Of a DNA stretch of 64,000 nucleotides, positions 57,359 to 64,000 are shown piece after piece. Every line of letters begins with the position of its first letter. The stretch's first letter is position 1. This DNA comes from a plasmid, in the sequence record NZ_CP017043.1, one strand, 5' to 3'. The notes under the pieces were generated by a model. It did no database searches. It was given only the letters and a program-made list of their open reading frames with translations, and was not told where the DNA came from. The position numbers and the translations under genes are program-made.

Positions 57359-59311
57359 TCATGTACCCGGCAAGAACTTGAAGCCATTGCTTGTGCAAAA
57401 TTGCTTGATAATCAGCTGCGACAGCTTATCTCCCATGTATACGAACAGGATGCAGATCATGGCCAGTTTCAGCAGTATAACGATCTGCAGGGTGTGCTGC
57501 GTCTTCTGGATGGAATCCGAGGCTGTAACGACTTTTTTCCAATATCCCCCGCTGCGGTCGCCGTTCCATGCTCCGGCAGCCTTTTCCCAGCTCCCGTTTG
57601 CATCAAACAGTTCGAGCAGATGATGCTTCGCAACGGCTGTCTGTACGTTCTCAGGCCAAGGAGTAGTCGCTGGAGGGAATTTGTCTTCCCATGATCCGCT
57701 GTACGGTTTGGACTGATAACCGGGACTTGCCCACGCCTCTGAATCGTCGCCCCAGGGCATAGGCGGCGGCTCGAAGCCGGCGCGCTGACACCATACATCC
57801 CAGTATTCATAACTGATCTGATATGCGCCGTATCCCCATCCATCCTGCGAGGGTGTCTGAAACGGATGCTCCTGCCCGCCGGTCTCTACGCGGCGAATTG
57901 CCTCGACAACCATATCAATGCCATCTCGGCCGCCGAAGTTGCCGTTGGGATTGCCGACAGCCTCCTGAATCGGAACCGTCTTTACGCGGATCAGATCATC
58001 TACCACCATTGTTGTCATAACGGACTGCAGCATGGCCGCAAAGAAACAGAAGAAAAAGAGCTTTATGGATGCGCTGAAAATCCCGTTCATTCCATTTTCT
58101 GCATAGCGCCGCGACCATTTAACACCGGCAAACATAAAGTTGGCAAAACTGAACACGGCAATGAGGTAGAACTCGAGATATGCCATGATAATCTCAAGGG
58201 CAAAGAGGACGAACGATCCAAAAATGATGATGAGGAAAATGACTGCAACAGCACCGGAGGCAATCTTGGCCAGCCAGTCCAGTCCTCCTGCATCGGTTTC
58301 ATTCAGCACGGTGAATATCGGCTCGATGATCTGCGCGCCCTTTGTAACAAGTGACGTTGGATCAACAAGCATCTGTTTTGTCTGCGCTATATCCAGACCG
58401 CTGGTTGACGCTCCGAAGCTGACAAACAGATCTCTCGTTCCGTTGATAATGAAGCCGCCCCAAGCCGTAATGACGTAGAAAAGCATCACATACACCAATA
58501 TCTTCAGCGTCAGCAGCTTGAAAATGCTGAAATTCGGATCTTGCCCCTTTTCGCGGTCTACCGCAATCAAAAGATACGTCATGGCAAGGTCTATTGTCAT
58601 CAGGATTGCGATTGTGTATTTGATGATTCCTTTGAGAAGATCAACTGCTTTCGTACAGGCCAAAGCGACTGTATCAATCGCTTTTTTAACCGGATCCATA
58701 AAGGCAAAGGCCGCATCCCAGACCATGCCCTTACTCTTTCGGCTCATATCAAGTCCTTCTACCGTCGCATTTGCAGGGAGCCACGGAGCATAGGGGTGAT
58801 AAAGCGCAGGACTAATAGGAGAATCGTTGATGCGCACCTCAAAATGCAAATGGGATCCGCGTGATACAGCTGTTTCTTCCGGTCCAGAATAACCAATCAA
58901 CTGCCCACGTCGTACGTGATTTTCTACACTCTGCATAATTGCACGGGCTGGAAGAAAGCCGTCATTCGGATCTAAATCACCATACCATGTTTCAAACTTA
59001 CTTCCATCTGGCGCGGTATGTTCGATAACCACAAATCCATCAAAAGAAGAGTCATTTTTTGCAAGAATGACCGTTCCGTCCGCAACAGCATAAATGGGTT
59101 CATGTACTTCAGTACCGATGTCTATACCGTTATGCGGCTGTACTCTACCAGTAATAGGGTGCGTACGGCGCGGGTTGAAAGGACTTGACACGATGATTTC
59201 ATGTCCGTGCAGCGGCGCATCCATCATCACAAGACTAGAAGCGCATACCAGCGACGCATATCCTTGTAAAAACAACACAATCAATAACAGGAAAAAGTAT
59301 TTTGATCTCAT
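57359..59311 (-). CDS. cell-wall hydrolase fusion: M23 peptidase, polytopic membrane domain and a lytic-transglycosylase-like domain
   Basis: Start MRSKYFFLLLIVLFLQGYASLVCA. M23 motifs (HNGIDIG...SRGSHLHFEV). About six TM helices in the middle (aa 250-450). C-terminal ETGGQEHPF...GWGYGAYQISYEYW resembles the SLT/VirB1 catalytic Glu plus GLMQI-type box. Confidence 0.65.
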   Translation of the reverse strand: MRSKYFFLLLIVLFLQGYASLVCASSLVMMDAPLHGHEIIVSSPFNPRRTHPITGRVQPHNGIDIGTEVHEPIYAVADGTVILAKNDSSFDGFVVIEHTAPDGSKFETWYGDLDPNDGFLPARAIMQSVENHVRRGQLIGYSGPEETAVSRGSHLHFEVRINDSPISPALYHPYAPWLPANATVEGLDMSRKSKGMVWDAAFAFMDPVKKAIDTVALACTKAVDLLKGIIKYTIAILMTIDLAMTYLLIAVDREKGQDPNFSIFKLLTLKILVYVMLFYVITAWGGFIINGTRDLFVSFGASTSGLDIAQTKQMLVDPTSLVTKGAQIIEPIFTVLNETDAGGLDWLAKIASGAVAVIFLIIIFGSFVLFALEIIMAYLEFYLIAVFSFANFMFAGVKWSRRYAENGMNGIFSASIKLFFFCFFAAMLQSVMTTMVVDDLIRVKTVPIQEAVGNPNGNFGGRDGIDMVVEAIRRVETGGQEHPFQTPSQDGWGYGAYQISYEYWDVWCQRAGFEPPPMPWGDDSEAWASPGYQSKPYSGSWEDKFPPATTPWPENVQTAVAKHHLLELFDANGSWEKAAGAWNGDRSGGYWKKVVTASDSIQKTQHTLQIVILLKLAMICILFVYMGDKLSQLIIKQFCTSNGFKFLPGT

Positions 59312-59459
59312 GCCCGCAATCCTCTCGTAATTATATGCTCCTATCCTACCGCGAAATATCTGCTTAAAATTCCTATCATTTGTCACTCAGAAATGGCAAC
59401 TAAATATAGTTGCTTAATTGAAAAAAATCCTGTAAAATAAAAAAGGATGGAGGTGGGCG

Positions 59460-59822
59460 ATGAAGAATATTCTACGGTACAAGGAATACATCGGATCTGT
59501 GGAGATCTCCGAGGCAGAGGGCTTCCTCTATGGCAGGGTTCTCGGCATACAGGAGAAAATCGACTATCAGGCAGTCAGAGCCGATGAGCTGGTCAAACAT
59601 TTTCATCAAGCGGTTGATATGTACCTTGACCGATGCAGAAAAGACGGCGTTTCTCCGGAAATCCCCTACAAGGGCAGCTTCAATGTTCGCATTGCCCCTG
59701 CGCTGCATCGCAGACTTGCCGTCCATGCAGTGCAAAATGGCGTAAACCTCAACCGCCTGGTCGAGACGATCCTCGCCTCCTACGAGCCTCTCTATGCTCC
59801 GGAAAAGGACGTGTTATCATGA
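59460..59822 (+). CDS. hicB: HicB-family antitoxin-like protein
   Basis: YKEYIGSVEISEAEGFLYGRVLGIQEKIDYQA...LVKHFHQAVDMYLDRCRKDGVSPEIPYKGSFNVRIAPALHRRLAVHAVQNGVNLNRLV shows the HicB fold followed by an RHH-like DNA-binding tail. Confidence 0.7.
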   Translation: MKNILRYKEYIGSVEISEAEGFLYGRVLGIQEKIDYQAVRADELVKHFHQAVDMYLDRCRKDGVSPEIPYKGSFNVRIAPALHRRLAVHAVQNGVNLNRLVETILASYEPLYAPEKDVLS

Positions 59823-60973
59823 AGATTACGCTGATGAACAAAAACACGCCCCTCATGTCGCTTGACATCGACATCAAGACCAGCTACGTCAAAGAGATTT
59901 TGAAAATCCACAACGCAGAGCCCATGCCGATCTCCGTATACAGCGACGATGAGACAACGCTCGGCGAGAATTTTACGCAGTGGTGGAACGGCCGCAGCAT
60001 TCCCGCCTCCAGGCGTCAGCTGCGCGAGCGGCTGCAGGAGCTGCATGTGTCGGCGATGGCAGAGATCATCAACAAATCCTTCGGTCTCAGTCTCTCCGAT
60101 CAGTATTGGATCAAGCCGCTCGGAACGGACATTGCGTGGAAGGACATCAACTTCTTTACAAACGAGTTCTCCACGGACATGGGCGAGTTTCTCATTGACA
60201 ACAGGTTCAACGGGGAGCTTGATATGCACTCGCCCGACAACACCTCCGACGGCCTGATCCAGAAGAAATGGATCATCGAGGACGGAATCCGCTGCCTGAT
60301 GAAGACAGGGACTCCCCCGTTTGTCCAGGAACCGTTCAACGAAGTGATCGGCTCGCGCATCCTTGCCTGTATGTCTGTCCCCTATGCAGCATATACACTG
60401 GCAGAGGACGATCAGAGGTTTTACAGCAAGTGCAGCAACTTCATTGACGAAGATCATGAGTATGTCTCTGCATACTATCTCTGCAAGTCCATGCCCCCCA
60501 AGGAGGGCATGGAAAAGGAAGAGCAGCTCAGGCAAGCGATGGAGCACCATCAGATACGCGACGGCGAAGTCTTTATTCAGCAAATGCTCTGCCTTGACTT
60601 CATCATTATGAATGTGGACAGGCATTGGGGAAACTTCGGCTTCATCCGCAACGTCAATACGCTGAAGGTTGAACGTCCTGCGCCGATCTTCGACAACGGG
60701 AACAGCCTCTGGTATGATATGGCGCATATTCCGGAGCACTTCGATCAGGCGAAGACCTTTCGGAAGAAGCATAGAACGCAGATCAAACTCGTAAGGGACT
60801 TCTCCGGCATCGACTTTGCTGCGCTGGAGAGTGTTCCGGCACAGGCGCAGGAGATTTTGCGGGCGAATCCGAATCTGCCGGGCGACCGCGCAGAAAAAAT
60901 CGCGCAGCGCATACAGGAACGCATCCAGATGCTTGCGCGGATCAGGGAACAAAAGAGGGATTCTTTTGTATGA
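59819..60973 (+). CDS. HipA-like Ser/Thr kinase (385 aa)
   Basis: Start MKITLMNKNTP, overlapping the hicB stop (ATGA). CLDFIIMNVDRHWGNFGFIRNVNTLKVERPAPIFDNGNSLWYD is the HipA catalytic-loop motif. Confidence 0.7.
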   Translation: MKITLMNKNTPLMSLDIDIKTSYVKEILKIHNAEPMPISVYSDDETTLGENFTQWWNGRSIPASRRQLRERLQELHVSAMAEIINKSFGLSLSDQYWIKPLGTDIAWKDINFFTNEFSTDMGEFLIDNRFNGELDMHSPDNTSDGLIQKKWIIEDGIRCLMKTGTPPFVQEPFNEVIGSRILACMSVPYAAYTLAEDDQRFYSKCSNFIDEDHEYVSAYYLCKSMPPKEGMEKEEQLRQAMEHHQIRDGEVFIQQMLCLDFIIMNVDRHWGNFGFIRNVNTLKVERPAPIFDNGNSLWYDMAHIPEHFDQAKTFRKKHRTQIKLVRDFSGIDFAALESVPAQAQEILRANPNLPGDRAEKIAQRIQERIQMLARIREQKRDSFV

Positions 60974-60990
60974 TAAGGAGAGTGATTCAT

Positions 60991-61374
60991 GTGGGAATCC
61001 TATCTTCACTAAACACTTGGATTGACGAAGGTGCAAAGGAGCAAGAAAGAATTCGTATTGCAAGGCGTGAAGAAAAAAAGAAAAAAATCGACGAATTTGT
61101 CCATAAGGAGTATACTGGAAAAGTTTTTGGAACAAAGCCCTTAATGGACTTGTTTGGAACACACAACCTTGATGAAGCTTTCAAAGGGAACGCCCCCTTG
61201 CTTACAATGATGTTGGAGGAGATATATCTAAATCAAAAACAAGTATCACGTATGCAAGAATTAGAAGGACGGTATGCGGAGCTCAAAGAACGCTATGATG
61301 AACTGAAAAAAGAGTATGATAAACAAAACGAGCTGATTGCAGAAATCGCCAAAAAATCTGCGCTAACAAGATAA
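60991..61374 (+). CDS. coiled-coil protein (about 128 aa), third gene of the HicB/HipA-like operon
   Basis: AAGGAGAG RBS, then an in-frame GTG at 60991 (alternative ATG at 60970 overlapping the kinase stop). Lys/Glu-rich coiled coil. Confidence 0.5.
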   Translation: MGILSSLNTWIDEGAKEQERIRIARREEKKKKIDEFVHKEYTGKVFGTKPLMDLFGTHNLDEAFKGNAPLLTMMLEEIYLNQKQVSRMQELEGRYAELKERYDELKKEYDKQNELIAEIAKKSALTR

Positions 61375-61376
61375 AT

Positions 61377-61422
61377 AAGGCTTCTCGATCCTATATGCGG
61401 ATTGAGAAGCCTTATTTTATTT
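61377..61422. terminator. bidirectional rho-independent terminator
   Basis: aaggcttctcgatcc-tatatgc-ggattgagaagcctt followed by attttatttg, between convergent genes. Confidence 0.6.
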
Positions 61423-63111
61423 GATGGGTGAGTATTTTGAAATATCTCTTGCCACATCCTTTGCAACAGAGGCTACATTATGTGCTCCTGTTGCAATGCC
61501 TTTACCTATATTTTGTGCGCCTGTTTTAATCCCCATCGCGCCATTCATCATCATGCCAGTAGCGGTTGCCCCACCTGCGCCACCAAATATTTTTTGGGCA
61601 CTTTCTTTTCCAGCATTAACAGCTCGTCCGACAAAATTCCCCTCACTTGCATATTTAGAAAGCCCTTGACCTGCTGCACTCATCATCATGCCAGCTCCAC
61701 TATTCATTGCACTTGCGCCAGCACGAGCCAGTCCGGCAATTCCGCCGCCGCCTTGAGCATATCCCCCTGCTGCAGCCTGTGCCATGTTTCCTGCAACGCT
61801 CGCGCCGCCGGATGCGACGGCTGCACCTGCGGCAACTGCGGTCGATGTCACATTCTTCGCGGTCTGTGTCATGCTTGCACTGGAGAGCGATGGAGAACCG
61901 CTGAGAAGCCCCTGCACGAGCTCCGGGATCTTTTTGATGAGAAGGTAGAGCAGGAAGCTCACCACCACCATCTGGATCAGCACCGGCATATTGCCGATGA
62001 TGCCCCCGGAGCTTTCATCCGTGGCGATCTTGGCAAACTCCTCACAGTAATCTGTGAGGATCTTGCTGGTCATGGCCGCCAGGAATGAAATGACCGATAC
62101 TTTGACGGCCAGATTAAACATCGCACCCAGCGCCCGTTCAAAGAGAAATTTTGTCTGTGGAAGCGCAACAAAGGGGATCAGCGGAATAGTAATCATGGCC
62201 ATCGTAAAAAACTCGATCTTCGCCATGAGAAGCTCAAGACCTGCAAGAAGGAGCAGGATGAACATGACAACCAAACAGAGTATGGTCACAAGGGAAGAAA
62301 TCGGTGACCAGATGGAAAAAGCCTTTTCTGCTGCGCCATAACCGAGCGAGAACATCGCCACGGCGTTTTCGATGAGAGAGTTGCCGCGCACGCCATCGGT
62401 CGAAGTATATCCCCCAGCATGATAACCGAGGGATTCAAACCCGTTGCACAGACTGCCCATGATGTCGATTCCGTGACCGTACCAGTTCAGGATAAGGAAG
62501 AGGTAGAGCCCCGTCTCGAAGAGCGTCTGAACAAGGAATTTCATCTTGTCGCCGCTGATGAGATCCAGCGAGATTTTGATGGATGCTGAGATCGCAGTCA
62601 GGACGATGAGCAGCTTGCCCGCAATCGGGATGATAGCGACAGCCCCGGATTTCGTATAATCAATATATGTCCTAGTGAAGGGCTGCAGGAAATCATACCA
62701 TTTACTGTTTTTGTCCGCATCGACGTGCATTTTATACTCGAATGCCGCCTGATCGCCGCCGGCGCCAACGTATCCGCCGTATGCGGCCATGAGGACGGTG
62801 CCGAAGTTCAGCGCAAGGCCGATGCCGAGGATAATATTCCACGTTGTCTTATTCGCAGATTCGACATTGAAGACGATCATGAGACCTGCGAGGGCGATCA
62901 TGATGGTTGAAATAATCCGCGCGACCACAAACATTCCGTTGGTGATGGTCGTGAGATTGTTCTGAAAGGAACCGTCTCCCGCTTTCAGCCCTATATCTGA
63001 GCTGAACGCTGCATATGCCGTAGAACTATCAGCAAACAGGAAAATGGCGAGCATGAGCGCGGCACCGATCGGCAGATAGGAATATAACGCTCCAATCCTT
63101 TGATTCATCAT
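61417..63111 (-). CDS. virB6: TrbL/VirB6-like polytopic T4SS membrane protein
   Basis: Signal/TM N-terminus and at least six TM helices. The Gly/Ala/Met-rich C-terminal tail (AVAAGAAVASGGASVAGNMAQAAAGGYAQGGGG...) is typical of TrbL. Confidence 0.75.
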   Translation of the reverse strand: MMNQRIGALYSYLPIGAALMLAIFLFADSSTAYAAFSSDIGLKAGDGSFQNNLTTITNGMFVVARIISTIMIALAGLMIVFNVESANKTTWNIILGIGLALNFGTVLMAAYGGYVGAGGDQAAFEYKMHVDADKNSKWYDFLQPFTRTYIDYTKSGAVAIIPIAGKLLIVLTAISASIKISLDLISGDKMKFLVQTLFETGLYLFLILNWYGHGIDIMGSLCNGFESLGYHAGGYTSTDGVRGNSLIENAVAMFSLGYGAAEKAFSIWSPISSLVTILCLVVMFILLLLAGLELLMAKIEFFTMAMITIPLIPFVALPQTKFLFERALGAMFNLAVKVSVISFLAAMTSKILTDYCEEFAKIATDESSGGIIGNMPVLIQMVVVSFLLYLLIKKIPELVQGLLSGSPSLSSASMTQTAKNVTSTAVAAGAAVASGGASVAGNMAQAAAGGYAQGGGGIAGLARAGASAMNSGAGMMMSAAGQGLSKYASEGNFVGRAVNAGKESAQKIFGGAGGATATGMMMNGAMGIKTGAQNIGKGIATGAHNVASVAKDVARDISKYSPIK

Positions 63112-63122
63112 TCACGCTCCCG

Positions 63123-63917
63123 TCATTTTTTAGACTTGATGCTGTCAAGAGCAGCCTGTCCGGCAGCAATATTCCGCGCAGAGGATTTCTGCTGATTGGC
63201 CTCCACTGTTGCCCGGCGAATGTTCTCCGCCTGATAGTGTGCTGCTTCGGCAGCAACGGCATTGCTATACATCTTGGTCATCTGCAGCAGCGCCATCACG
63301 CTATTTGCGTTGATCGCATTGCCCGCCTGCATGACCTGCATGGTTCCCTCCGCCTTGTTGGAGTTCTCCAGCGCCGTCTGCGTGGCCTTGGCGATTTCCA
63401 TATTGCTCTGCTGCGTATTCTGCGCAGACTTCGCCGCATCCTTGAATGTGTCGCTGAGGGTCTCCTGACGCCGGCGCTCATTCATAATGCCGTCATACAC
63501 TGTGGTATTGCCGTTGATGATGGACTGCAGGTCGCCGATACGGTCACGCCATGCGGCATCCAGCGGATCTGCGTTGGGGTTCTTCGTTGCATTGCTCCAT
63601 ATATGTCCAAGGACGCCGTTCTGTCCCATTTTCTCATCCAGCATCTGTTTCTGTTGCCCAAGCTGGCTATCGACGATTTTCTGAATCTCTGCGGGACCGA
63701 TTTTCTTGGCGTTGAGGATCATCAGCGCCAGCTCCTTTTCCTGCGTCGTGAGAATCTTCGCCGTCTGGATGGCTGTCTTGATCGCTTCCTCGATGTTCTT
63801 CTGGTCGATGACGGCGATCGCAGCTTCGGATCGGTGACTGGATGGAATCATGGCGAGAAAAGAGGCAGCAATGCCGAATGCAACGCCGACAGCCACCGCA
63901 GCTTTTTGGGATTTCAT
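63123..63917 (-). CDS. virB5: TrbJ/VirB5-like secreted helical T4SS protein
   Basis: Signal peptide (AAVAVGVAFGIAASFLAMIPSSHRSEA). All-helical, Gln/Ala-rich. It lies immediately upstream of the TrbL-like gene, as in trbJ-trbL. Confidence 0.6.
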   Translation of the reverse strand: MKSQKAAVAVGVAFGIAASFLAMIPSSHRSEAAIAVIDQKNIEEAIKTAIQTAKILTTQEKELALMILNAKKIGPAEIQKIVDSQLGQQKQMLDEKMGQNGVLGHIWSNATKNPNADPLDAAWRDRIGDLQSIINGNTTVYDGIMNERRRQETLSDTFKDAAKSAQNTQQSNMEIAKATQTALENSNKAEGTMQVMQAGNAINANSVMALLQMTKMYSNAVAAEAAHYQAENIRRATVEANQQKSSARNIAAGQAALDSIKSKK

Positions 63918-64000
63918 AGGTCAAACACACTCCTTCTTTAGTTTAGTCTCCCCTAATGTATATCCTACCGAAAAAAATAGGCTCTGAATTCCGATGTTTT

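Noticed and set aside
59792-61162. 456-aa minus-strand ORF
   Set aside because: It is antisense to the HipA-like kinase and the downstream coiled-coil gene and shows no motifs. The plus-strand genes carry the HipA catalytic loop and have overlapping operon starts.
61480-62088. Repetitive Gly/Ala-coding DNA that could be mistaken for a repeat array or CRISPR
   Set aside because: The periodicity comes from the low-complexity TrbL C-terminal tail (GGA/GCA-rich codons). There is no repeat-spacer structure.

Overview
This window reads as about 64 kb of a self-transmissible, plasmid-like conjugative replicon, gene-dense and almost entirely on the minus strand. No rRNA, tRNA or CRISPR array was seen.

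The core is a complete VirB/Trb-type (MPF-T-like) type IV secretion system. The blocks are: TrbF/VirB8, TrbG/VirB9 and TrbI/VirB10; then TraG/VirD4 coupling protein, TrbB/VirB11, TrbC/VirB2 pilin, TrbD/VirB3 and TrbE/VirB4; a TraF-type pilin signal peptidase; and TrbJ and TrbL at the far end.

Around it sit a MOBQ-type relaxase with a candidate oriT, topoisomerase III, SSB, RepA_N-type replication initiators, a ParM/ParR partition pair with a palindromic parC-like site, and a serine resolvase. An internal tyrosine integrase/excisionase/XRE regulatory module is also present.

Candidate defence or addiction cargo includes a 2403-aa N6-adenine methyltransferase/SNF2-helicase fusion, an edge-truncated Fic gene, two pentapeptide-repeat proteins, peptidoglycan hydrolases and two HipA-like kinase loci, one paired with a HicB-like antitoxin.

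A VirB9/VirB10/VirB11 set combined with Firmicute-type modules (RepA_N, HicB, XRE) suggests a diderm Firmicute host such as Negativicutes, about 52% GC by eye. This host guess is inference only.

The most unusual observations are these:
- a standalone VirB4 N-terminal-domain paralog translationally coupled to full-length VirB4;
- a second VirD4/TraG paralog with an ablated P-loop but an intact Walker B;
- an HNH plus radical-SAM cassette bracketed by perfect 76-bp direct repeats next to a truncated dcm fragment;
- a HicB-like antitoxin overlapping a HipA-like kinase gene, followed by a third gene;
- a prepilin-peptidase-like membrane protein inside a Trb-type cluster.
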